Shown one piece after another: positions 1 through 8,023 of a stretch of 64,000 bases of DNA. A model generated the notes under the pieces. The model did not search any database. It was not told where the DNA came from and saw only the letters and a program-made list of their open reading frames with translations. Made by a program: the position numbers and the translations under genes. The DNA lies in the NCBI GenBank assembly GCA_963765675.1, contig CAVXXK010000014.1, forward strand, positions 1 through 64,000. The letters are read 5' to 3'. How positions within the stretch are numbered: the first letter of the stretch is position 1; each line of letters begins with the position of its first letter. The stretch comes from an uncultured delta proteobacterium (GTDB lineage: Bacteria; Desulfobacterota; Binatia; Binatales; Binataceae).

Positions 1-370
1 CGAACGTGGCAAGGCTAATATGTTCACCTACGCCGGAGAAAACGCGATTACCGGCAGCGATCTCAGCGGTATGGACGACTGTCCGCTAGGCGACTGTGCT
101 GGAGGGGGAGACGTCGGAAGCGGGGTATCGAGCGGCTCCGGCGATGATGGCTTTCAGGAGCTGATCCAATTTCTCCTCGGACCATTCGCCAATTTCCTTT
201 CCACCTCGTCGTCAGCGACCCCAACGATAATGAATTATGCTGGACCTCAACTGGAGTCGCGGTTTGGAAACAGCTTCGCTACGGTGGGCCTGCGCAACTT
301 CAACGTTTACACCCAAAGTGGTGGGATCACGTACGTGCAGGCGGAAGACGATGACGATGAATCCCATTAA
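1..370 (+). CDS. 3' end of Rhs/YD-repeat polymorphic toxin (partial at window edge; tip probably truncated)
   Basis: Frame reads ANMFTYAGENAITGSDLSGM, resembling the Rhs core end motif NxYxYxxNNPxxxxDPxG, followed by a Gly/Ser-rich variable region. Confidence 0.6.
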   Translation, partial: ERGKANMFTYAGENAITGSDLSGMDDCPLGDCAGGGDVGSGVSSGSGDDGFQELIQFLLGPFANFLSTSSSATPTIMNYAGPQLESRFGNSFATVGLRNFNVYTQSGGITYVQAEDDDDESH

Positions 371-445
371 CGATCTGACCGTCATTCTTGAGCCGGACGG
401 AGAGATACTCACCTTTTGTCGTGGCAGGGGCAGAGGGGCTTCCAA

Positions 446-820
446 ATGAGCTACATGATAACGCGCTACAATGCTCAGATTGGCGCTGGCGGGTTCCACG
501 TAGAGTTTGTCGATCCGTTTCCGGATTCCGTTACGAGGAGTCCGGCGGAGTTTATTTGCGATTCTGACGAACGCAACGAGCTTATCGGGATTGAGACCCT
601 CAATCTCTATTGCGACGAGAATCCTGACGCGCTGTCTCTGCTCCGCGCGCCCACCGAAGGGTTGAGCACCCTTGGCAGGGTGAGGTATTACGAAAAAGGA
701 CAGGCCTTTTATCTCAATCTCACGGGCAAACATGGCCCTTCTGTATACCAGAAAGTATGCGAAGGTAGCTTGTTGTTCGATTCCAGGCGGCGACTGATCG
801 GTCTTGAAGGGAAGTATTAG
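446..820 (+). CDS. Putative immunity protein (tandem DUF2283-like halves)
   Basis: ATG at 446 overlaps the TGA of an upstream toxin-tip-like frame (ATGA); internal repeat ELIGIETL / RLIGLEGK. Confidence 0.5.
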   Translation: MSYMITRYNAQIGAGGFHVEFVDPFPDSVTRSPAEFICDSDERNELIGIETLNLYCDENPDALSLLRAPTEGLSTLGRVRYYEKGQAFYLNLTGKHGPSVYQKVCEGSLLFDSRRRLIGLEGKY

Positions 821-971
821 AGTACTATCTCTACGTACGAGTCATCCGTGAGAGCGCGAGGATCGAGAATGATTCAGTGCCAATGCCTTTCACCGTACCG
901 ATCCCGAGCGTGTTTCCGTTTCCACTTCCGGTTCCAGTTCCGCTCTGAATATTCTCGAAAGAGGAATTGTC

Positions 972-1391
972 ATGAAAGGACTAATGGTATCTCTGGATCT
1001 CTCCTCTCAATCCCTTTCGTTGGAGGATATATCTGCGAGACTTCGAATTTCCCCTTCTTCAGGCTCACACAACAAGGGAGATGCTCGTCCCTCTCCAGAC
1101 GCTACTCAAAGAATCTGGAACCAGACGATTTGGCGTCTGGAGTCAAATCTTCCGAAAAGCTCACCGCTGGAGAGGCATTTGAATAATCTTGTTGCACACT
1201 GTTCTCCACAAGAGTTAGCTCGTTCGGGGCTACTCTCTGGGGATTGTTCTGCGCGGGTCAACGTTGGAATCCTTTTTGACACAGTCGATGTGAGTATCTC
1301 AATGTCGCCTGCCGCACTATCGATTGTTAGTGACTATGGAGCTAATCTGGAGATTAGTTGTTACCCGAGCGAGGCAGGTACAATTCAGTGA
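972..1391 (+). CDS. DUF4279-family putative immunity protein
   Basis: GAGGA RBS; ISARLRISPS..HNKGD, WRLES..PLERHL and C-terminal LEISCY pattern typical of DUF4279. Confidence 0.7.
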   Translation: MKGLMVSLDLSSQSLSLEDISARLRISPSSGSHNKGDARPSPDATQRIWNQTIWRLESNLPKSSPLERHLNNLVAHCSPQELARSGLLSGDCSARVNVGILFDTVDVSISMSPAALSIVSDYGANLEISCYPSEAGTIQ

Positions 1392-1548
1392 TCGACGAAT
1401 TTATGATCTGTTTTCTAGCGGCGATTTCCAATATTCTTATCCTTCTGTTTTCTCTGCACCGAATGACAGGAGTCGCGAAAGGATAATATTTGCACACCAC
1501 CGACGTTGAGCCACAACAACTAATTTATGCGATCGACGGGTACTGTTT

Positions 1549-2121
1549 ATGTCAACCATTGTGGCGGTGAGGAAAGAAGGCGTCGCGGCTATCGCGGCGG
1601 ATTCTCTGACGACCTGGGGATCGGCCAAGGAGACCGCTGAGTACGTTGTTAGCTATCACAAGATTGTCAAGGTCGGGCAGTCATTTCTTGCCATTACCGG
1701 CCCAACCGCCGCGAAGCTGGCGATCAAAGATTATTTCGACGCCAAACCAGATGTCGATCTCAGCACCGTCGACTTAATCTTTCGAGTGTGGCTCAAGCTT
1801 CACGCCGCTTTGAAGGACCAGTACTTTCTGAATCCAAATGAGGATCGCGAAGATGCCTTCGAGTCCACTCGAGTCGATGTCTCGATAGCTAATGCCGCAG
1901 GGATATTCGGCGTCGACGCTCACCGCGCCGTTCAACAGTTTTCACAATACTATGCCTATGGGACGGGCTGGCAACATGCTCTGGGAGCCATGTATGCGGT
2001 ATATAACCAAGCCGGGCGCTCAGCGGTCGACGTGGCTCACGTCGGCATAAACGCCGCGGCCGAGTTCGATTCCGACACGGGACTTCCGGTCGTATGCTAT
2101 TCGCTCCCTCTCGCTCAGTAA
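1549..2121 (+). CDS. Ntn-hydrolase proteasome-beta/HslV-like peptidase (BPH-like)
   Basis: N-terminal STIVAVRK..AIAADSLTT, HKI, and YAYGTG..ALGAM motifs. Confidence 0.75.
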   Translation: MSTIVAVRKEGVAAIAADSLTTWGSAKETAEYVVSYHKIVKVGQSFLAITGPTAAKLAIKDYFDAKPDVDLSTVDLIFRVWLKLHAALKDQYFLNPNEDREDAFESTRVDVSIANAAGIFGVDAHRAVQQFSQYYAYGTGWQHALGAMYAVYNQAGRSAVDVAHVGINAAAEFDSDTGLPVVCYSLPLAQ

Positions 2122-2230
2122 CGGGACACGCGCTGCGTCGTAATGACGAATCTTGATCGCGTCAGAAATGCCGTGTAACAGGACGCGCGAAGCTCACGAA
2201 ACCTCACGCGAGAAACGGGTCAGGAATTAA

Positions 2231-2277
2231 TGGCACCGGCTTTAGCCGGTGCGGCCACAGGCTAAAGCCTGTGCCAC
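2231..2277. repeat. REP-like inverted doublet
   Basis: GCACCGGCT-TT-AGCCGGTGC hairpin followed by an inverted near-copy CACAGGCTAAAGCCTGTGCCAC. Confidence 0.7.
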
Positions 2278-2299
2278 CTAAGACTCGATCATGTTTTTC

Positions 2300-2321
2300 G
2301 TAGGGGCGGCTCGCGAGCCGC
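2300..2321 (+). repeat. GTAG-type REP palindrome
   Basis: GTAGGGGCGGCTCGCGAGCCGC; reverse-complement copy at about 29705-29729. Confidence 0.7.
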
Positions 2322-2412
2322 TGTTCGGGGAAAAATCGTTTCGCGTCGATCCTTCAGGACGTCCGCGCGGACAATTTCATTCGTAGATGGGCGATCCTCA
2401 GATGCGCCACAG

Positions 2413-2558
2413 GTGTCATTCCCGCGCGGGGCTGGCGCGCGAGGAATCCCGAGCGAAGGGCCTCTGCATGTGATGTTGGCGTCGGGCATGGCCGCCTCGG
2501 GATTTCCCGCGCAGCGCTCGAAATGATGACCGGAGGTCCTGGCTGAGATTACGATACT
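2413..2558 (+). repeat. GTCATTCC-type MITE/REP element, copy 1
   Basis: Starts GTGTCATTCCCGCGCG..CGAGGAATCCCGA and ends GGCTGAGATTACGATACT, as does 29613-29953. Confidence 0.7.
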
Positions 2559-2720
2559 GATCGCTCTGCCAACTTTCATGGCAGGATGACAGACAGGCGC
2601 GGGTTGCGAGACAATCGGGCGCCTGCGAAAGCAGGGCGCTTTTCACTGTGGCGCTTGCGATGTTACGATCGGCGCGCAATGAGGCTTTTGGAATTTTATC
2701 GCGCTCGGAGATAGGCCGAT

Positions 2721-3740
2721 ATGAAACTCGATACCGGACTCGCCGTCCGCAATCTTAAGGATGTTCCTGCCGCCGCCAAGGCTGCTGAAGAGGCGGGGTT
2801 CGATGCGCTGTGGACTATCGAGGCCGGCAGCGATCCGTTTCTGCCTGCCGCGATCGCGGCGGAGCATACCAAGAAAGTGAAAATCGGCACCGCGGTCGCG
2901 ATCGCGTTTCCGCGCAGTCCGATGGTCACGGCCGGCACCGCGTGGGATCTCGCCGCGCTGTCCGACGGCCGCTTTATCCTGGGGCTCGGCACGCAGGTCA
3001 AAGGCCACAACGAACGCCGCTACAGCGTCAAATGGGAGCCGCCCGTGCCGCGGCTGCGCGAATATATCGGATCGCTGCGCGCGATCTTCAAATGCTGGGC
3101 GGAAGGCGGCGCGAAGCTCAGCTTCAGCGGCAAGTACTACAACTTCTCGCTGATGACGCCGTTCTTCACTCCGCCGAAACACGCGCATCCGAATATCCCG
3201 ATCTGGATCGCCGGCGTCAACGAACACATCCTGCGGCTGGCCGGCGAGGCCTGCGACGGCCTGCACGCGCATCCGTTCAACTCGCCCAAGTACCTGCGCG
3301 AGTACGTGCTGCCGAATGTCGAGCGCGGTCTCGCCAAGGGCGGACGCGCGCGCAAGGATTTCACGATCGCGACCACGGCGTTCGTGATCGTCGGACGCAA
3401 CCGCGAGGAGATCGAGCGCGCGAAGGCCGGCGTGCGCCAGCAGATCGCATTCTACGCCTCGACCCGCACCTACAGGGTCGTGCTCGATATGCACGGATGG
3501 GGCGACGTGTCGCCGCGGCTCAGCGAGAAGGCGGCCAAGGGTGATTGGCGCGGGATGGCGAGCGAAATCACCGACGAGATGCTCGAGACCTACGCGGTGA
3601 CCGGCACCTTCGACGATATCGCCGAGAAAGTGAAAGAGCGTTACGACGGCCTGCTCGACCGGGTCGCGTTCTACATTCCGTACCAGGCGGGAATCGACGA
3701 CGCCGAATGGAAAAAGCTCACGCGCAAATTCAACGGATGA
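2721..3740 (+). CDS. LLM-class (probably F420-dependent) oxidoreductase, TIGR03617-like
   Basis: AEEAGFD, DPFL, AFPRSPM, LGLGTQVKGH, HPF and FYASTRTY motifs. Confidence 0.85.
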   Translation: MKLDTGLAVRNLKDVPAAAKAAEEAGFDALWTIEAGSDPFLPAAIAAEHTKKVKIGTAVAIAFPRSPMVTAGTAWDLAALSDGRFILGLGTQVKGHNERRYSVKWEPPVPRLREYIGSLRAIFKCWAEGGAKLSFSGKYYNFSLMTPFFTPPKHAHPNIPIWIAGVNEHILRLAGEACDGLHAHPFNSPKYLREYVLPNVERGLAKGGRARKDFTIATTAFVIVGRNREEIERAKAGVRQQIAFYASTRTYRVVLDMHGWGDVSPRLSEKAAKGDWRGMASEITDEMLETYAVTGTFDDIAEKVKERYDGLLDRVAFYIPYQAGIDDAEWKKLTRKFNG

Positions 3741-3760
3741 CAAGAATGAAATCCAGCTCG

Positions 3761-4179
3761 ATGCTTACAGGTTCCTGGCCGCGATTCTGACGCTCGCACT
3801 CGCGATCGCCGCCGGGGCGCCGCGCGCTCTCGCCGCCGAGACCTCGACGGCGGCGCCGATTGCGCCCGAGGCGCCCGAGCCCGCGGTGCAGAAATTTACG
3901 GTCGTCGCGGTGCAGATCGGAACTACCAAGTTCTGGCTGCCGAGCACGATTATCGTGCATCAGGGCGAGAAAGTCGTGCTGACGCTGAAGAACGACATCC
4001 CCGGCGCGGAAGATCGCCACGGATTTTCGCTTCCCGCGTACAACATCACCGAGGTCATCAAGCGTGGCGAGCCGAAGACGGTTTCGTTTGTCGCATCGCG
4101 CGCGGGCACGTTTCCGTACATATGTCAGCTCCATCCCGCGCACGTCGGCGGCCAGTTGATCGTCGAGCCGAAGCTGTAG
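3761..4179 (+). CDS. Secreted cupredoxin, nitrosocyanin-like; ATG at 3761 is out of frame (probable 1-nt indel)
   Basis: In-frame signal peptide YRFLAAILTLALAIAAGAPRALA upstream of ORF 3886; HGFSL and YICQLHPAH copper-ligand motifs. Confidence 0.75.
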
Positions 4180-4229
4180 GCAAATTCCAATCGCGCTCGC
4201 CATGCCGAAAGGTTAGGCTCTGAGGCCTG

Positions 4230-5042
4230 ATGCGAACGCGGGTGCTCTATGCGCGAACGCCCAAGTGGCGGAGCCTGATCGAACGCGCCGATGAATTGAT
4301 CGCCGGGCCGGGGTTTCGCGCGGTGAAAGCCGAAGGGCGTACGCTCGCCGGGATGCTCGAGATTCCCGGCCACGAATCGGTGTTCATCAAGCGCACGCGT
4401 GAACGATCATGGGCGAAGGGGCTCGCGGCGCGCGGCTCGGGCTCGCGTGCGGCGCGCGCGATCGCTGGTGCGGAGATTCTCGCGTCGGCGGGCATTCCGC
4501 ATCCCGCGCCGATCGCCGCGATGGACGAGGTAAGCGGCGGCGCGGTGCGCGCATCGTATCTGATTTCCGAGGCGCTTCTCGAGGCCGACAGCCTGTCGCG
4601 GTTCGCGCTCGGCCCCGGCGAGATCAAAGGACGCGACGCGCGGCGACGCCGGCGAATCCTCGCGGCGGTCGCGCGCGAGGTCAAGCGGATGCACGACGCA
4701 GGCATCTACACGCGCGATTTGCAGGAGACCAACGTGATGGTCGCCGACGACGACGCCGGCGGCTTCCGCGTCTGGTTCATCGATCTGGAAGACTTCCGCC
4801 GCGATCGCGGAAACGGCGGTGTTTCGCGCGAACGCCGGGTCCGCAATCTGGTGCATCTGGACCGCAGTATCGGACGCTTTCTCTGCCGCGCCGCGCGCCT
4901 CGCGTTTCTCTATGATTATATTGGCGGGCGGCCCGAGCGTGGCGAGGCGCGCCGGATGGTGCGCGAGGTCCTCGCGATGCGCGCGCGGATCGATCATGGC
5001 CGCGCGCGGCGGGAACCGCATCCGGCGCGCGCGGGTTTCTAG
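4230..5042 (+). CDS. Lipopolysaccharide kinase (Kdo/WaaP/InaA family)
   Basis: VFIKR, MHDAGIYTRDLQETNV, FIDLE and NLVHLDRS motifs. Confidence 0.8.
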   Translation: MRTRVLYARTPKWRSLIERADELIAGPGFRAVKAEGRTLAGMLEIPGHESVFIKRTRERSWAKGLAARGSGSRAARAIAGAEILASAGIPHPAPIAAMDEVSGGAVRASYLISEALLEADSLSRFALGPGEIKGRDARRRRRILAAVAREVKRMHDAGIYTRDLQETNVMVADDDAGGFRVWFIDLEDFRRDRGNGGVSRERRVRNLVHLDRSIGRFLCRAARLAFLYDYIGGRPERGEARRMVREVLAMRARIDHGRARREPHPARAGF

Positions 5043-5055
5043 GCGAAATCGGCAA

Positions 5056-5781
5056 ATGGCAATCTCAATCCGCAGACGCGAATACGATCATCACACCGAG
5101 CAGGTGCACGCGGCCGGCGGAACCTGGGTGCGCGATCTGGTGCTCGGGCTTAACGACGGGCTGGTCGCGTCGTTCGCGGTGACCTCGGGTGTCGCGGGTG
5201 CGTTTTCGATTGCGGGAATCGTCGCGATGGCGGGGCTCGCGGAGATGCTGGGCGGCGCGGTCTCGATGGGCTTGGCGGCGTTTATCTCGGCGCGATCGCA
5301 ACTGGAATTTTACGAGAGTGAAATCGAACGCGAGCGCGAAGAAATCCGCAAATGGCCCGATCGCGAGCGCGAGGAGATCGGCGCGATCTATCGCGCCAAG
5401 GGCTTCTCGGGCGAGTTGCTCGAAAAAATCGTCGCGCATATCACCGCCGATCCTGAACGATGGTCCAACGTGATGATGCGCGAGGAGCTGGGCTTCGCGG
5501 TCGAGTCGTTCGACCCGCCGCTGCGCTCGGCGTTTACGGTCGGCCTTTCTTATCTGTTCGGTGCGGCGGTGCCGGTAGTCCCGTACCTTTTCTTCGCGCC
5601 CGCACACGGCGGCGTAATCGCCTCGGCCTGCGCGACGGTGCTGGTGCTATTCGGAGTCGGCGCGGCGAAGACGGTGATAACCAGCCGTTCATGGTGGCGC
5701 AGCGGATTAGAGAGCATGCTGACCGGAATCGCCGCCGCCGCAGTGACCTACGGCGCGGGCCGCCTATTCGCCGCGCGCTAA
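5056..5781 (+). CDS. VIT1/CCC1 family Fe/Mn transporter
   Basis: RDLVLGLNDGLV, GAVSMGL and MMREELG motifs. Confidence 0.9.
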   Translation: MAISIRRREYDHHTEQVHAAGGTWVRDLVLGLNDGLVASFAVTSGVAGAFSIAGIVAMAGLAEMLGGAVSMGLAAFISARSQLEFYESEIEREREEIRKWPDREREEIGAIYRAKGFSGELLEKIVAHITADPERWSNVMMREELGFAVESFDPPLRSAFTVGLSYLFGAAVPVVPYLFFAPAHGGVIASACATVLVLFGVGAAKTVITSRSWWRSGLESMLTGIAAAAVTYGAGRLFAAR

Positions 5782-5782
5782 C

Positions 5783-5977
5783 TCTGATCCCTCGCCTGCT
5801 GTCTGATCCCTCTCCCAGTATGGGAGAGGTTAGGTGAGGGACCGTATTCAGCGTGGCGCGGCAGCGCCGCGCGATTAAAAAAAGGTCCCCGCAAGGCCGC
5901 CCTCACCCGCGCGTCACGGCGATTGCTAAAAAAACAGCAATCGCCGCGCCGCGCCCTCTCCCGGAGGGAGAGGGTAT
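5783..5977 (+). repeat. CCCTCACCC/CCCTCTCCC palindromic intergenic element (full-length copy)
   Basis: Nested hairpins CCCTCTCCC..GGGAGAGG and GCGATTGCT..AGCAATCGC; reverse-complement homolog at 19440-19635. Confidence 0.75.
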
Positions 5978-6209
5978 TTTCAGGATCGCCGCGCCGCCCG
6001 CGTGCCAGTGGCACCTCCCGGAGGGAGAGGGTATTTTTTCAGGATCGCCGCGCCGCCCGCGTGCCAGTGGCACCTCCCGGAGGGAGAGGGTATTTTTCAG
6101 GATCGCCGCGCCGCCCGCGTGCCAGTGGCACCTCCCGGAGGGAGAGGGTATTTTTCAGGATCGCCGCGCCGCCCGCGTGCCAGTGGCACCTCCCCGAGGG
6201 AGAGGGTAT
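5958..6209 (+). repeat. Tandem array of four ~58-bp units plus a partial fifth
   Basis: Unit CTCCCGGAGGGAGAGGGTA(T4-6)CAGGATCGCCGCGCCGCCCGCGTGCCAGTGGCAC starting at 5958, 6015, 6074, 6132, 6190. Confidence 0.95.
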
Positions 6210-6235
6210 CAGCTGGAGGCGCGAACAGTACGCAG

Positions 6236-6538
6236 TCATGCGTCGATCAATATGTCGTCGCCATCGATTTTCACTGGGTAGCATCCGAGCTTCACGTTTG
6301 GATCATCCAGGTTTGCGCCGGTCGTTATATCGTATTCCCATCCGTGCCACGGACACGTGACGATGGTGCCGTCCACGTCGCCTTCGGCGAGCGGGCCGCC
6401 GCGATGCTTGCACGTATTGTCGATCGCGTAGAACGCGCCGCCCGCGTTGAACAGGGCGATCTGCTTGCCCGCGGCCTCGACCAGCAGGGCTGCGCCGGCG
6501 GGAAGCTCGGCGCGCGTCGCGACTTTGACCAGTGCCAC
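6236..6538 (-). CDS. Rieske [2Fe-2S] ferredoxin (NirD/dioxygenase ferredoxin-like)
   Basis: CKHRGGPL and CPWHGW motifs; GTG start after GGAGG. Confidence 0.9.
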   Translation of the reverse strand: MALVKVATRAELPAGAALLVEAAGKQIALFNAGGAFYAIDNTCKHRGGPLAEGDVDGTIVTCPWHGWEYDITTGANLDDPNVKLGCYPVKIDGDDILIDA

Positions 6539-6603
6539 GATAGGATACCTCCGCGAGGACGATGCGCGATCATATGGAGCGCGCGTCGCGGTGTGCAACC
6601 GCG

Positions 6604-7800
6604 TCAGGTCGTGTACTCGGCGTTGATTCGCACGTAGTCGTAGCTGAGATCGCAAGTGAGTATCGTCGCGCGCGCAGCGCCGATCCGCAGATCGAGCGTG
6701 ACCGCAAATTCGCGCGCACGCATCTTTTCCTGCGCCGCGCTGAGCGCCGCCGTGATTAGCGCTCCGCGCGCCGCCACTCTGATTCCGCCGATCGAGAGCG
6801 TCAATTTGTCGGACTCGACCGCCGCGCCCGACGATCCCGCCGCCATCAGGATCCGCCCGACGTTCGGGTCGCATCCGAAAAACGCGGTCTTGACCAGCGG
6901 CGAGTTCGCGATCTGCCGGGCGCATCGCTCGGCGTCGGCGCAATTGCGCGCGCCGCGCACCTGGACCTCGACCAGCTTGGTCGCGCCCTCGCCGTCGCGC
7001 ACCAACTCGCGCGCGAGAGCAGCGCAGACCGCGGCGATCGCCTGGTTGAACGCGTCGAGATCGCGTCCGCGCAGCGGACGATTGCCGGCGGCGCCGCTCG
7101 CCATCACGATCACCGTGTCGTTGGTGGACATGTCGCCGTCAACGGTGATCGCGTTGAAGCTCTTCGGCAGCGCGAGCTTGAGCGCGGTGCGAAGCTGGGC
7201 GGCGCTCGCGGCGGCATCGGTCATGATGTAGCCGAGCATCGTCGCCATGTGCGGCGAGATCATCCCGACGCCTTTGACCGCTCCCGCGATCGTAACCTCC
7301 GCGCCCCCGATACGGAGCGAGGTTGACGCGGTCTTTGGACGCGTGTCGGTGGTCATGATCGCGCGCGCGAAGTCCACGAGTCCGTCTTCGTTGAGCGAGG
7401 CCGCCGCTTCGCGCACGCCGGCGCTGAATTTCGCGAGGTCATACAAATGTCCGATGACGCCGGTTGAAGACGGCGCCACCAGGCTCGGCGCGCATCCGAG
7501 TTCGCGCGCGGTGACCGCGCACGAATCCTCGGCGAGTTTCAGGCCCGGTTTGCCGGTGAAGCTGTTGGCGCATCCGGAGTTGGCGACGATCGCCTGCAGG
7601 CGTCCTGTGCGAATCCTGTCGATCGTGGCGTAAACTGGAGCCGCTTTGACCTTGTTGGCGCTGAAGACCGCGGCGGCGGGGCAGGGATGATCGGCGGCGA
7701 TCAGGCCCAGGTCTTTAGCGCCGGCTTGGGTCTTGAGTCCGGCGCTGACGCCGGCGAAACGGAAGCCGCGCACGCGCGCGGGAGCGAGATCGACCTTCAT
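6604..7800 (-). CDS. argJ: Bifunctional ornithine acetyltransferase/N-acetylglutamate synthase
   Basis: NSGCAN, STGVIG, IMTTDT, KGVGMISPHMATML, DGEGATK and INAEYTT motifs. Confidence 0.95.
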   Translation of the reverse strand: MKVDLAPARVRGFRFAGVSAGLKTQAGAKDLGLIAADHPCPAAAVFSANKVKAAPVYATIDRIRTGRLQAIVANSGCANSFTGKPGLKLAEDSCAVTARELGCAPSLVAPSSTGVIGHLYDLAKFSAGVREAAASLNEDGLVDFARAIMTTDTRPKTASTSLRIGGAEVTIAGAVKGVGMISPHMATMLGYIMTDAAASAAQLRTALKLALPKSFNAITVDGDMSTNDTVIVMASGAAGNRPLRGRDLDAFNQAIAAVCAALARELVRDGEGATKLVEVQVRGARNCADAERCARQIANSPLVKTAFFGCDPNVGRILMAAGSSGAAVESDKLTLSIGGIRVAARGALITAALSAAQEKMRAREFAVTLDLRIGAARATILTCDLSYDYVRINAEYTT

Positions 7801-7866
7801 CGGGAACCTCCGTGCGCCGCACTATACGCGCGCGCGAGCCACGGAGAAAATGAATTCGGCTGGTTT

Positions 7867-7948
7867 GCCCCTCTCCCGGATCGGGAGAGGGTGCGTGGCG
7901 CGGCGATTGCTCCTTTCAGCAATCGCCGTGACGCGCGGGTGAGGGACC
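7867..7948 (-). repeat. CCCTCACCC/CCCTCTCCC element (partial copy)
   Basis: CCCTCTCCCG..CGGGAGAGGG..GCGATTGCT..AGCAATCGC..GGGTGAGGG. Confidence 0.7.
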
Positions 7949-8023
7949 GACAGAATGGAATTTTTGTTTGCTGAGCAATCGGCTCACAGATGAATCACAG
8001 TGAAATTCTGCCGACCGCGCGAG

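Noticed and set aside
5958-6209. CRISPR array
   Set aside because: Intervening sequences are identical rather than unique spacers, and no cas genes are in the window
5853-6360. ORFs with repeated peptides (e.g. RIAAPPACQWHLPEGEG) as repeat proteins or RiPP precursors
   Set aside because: Unit lengths 57/59/58/58 shift frame between copies; they are by-products of the DNA repeat
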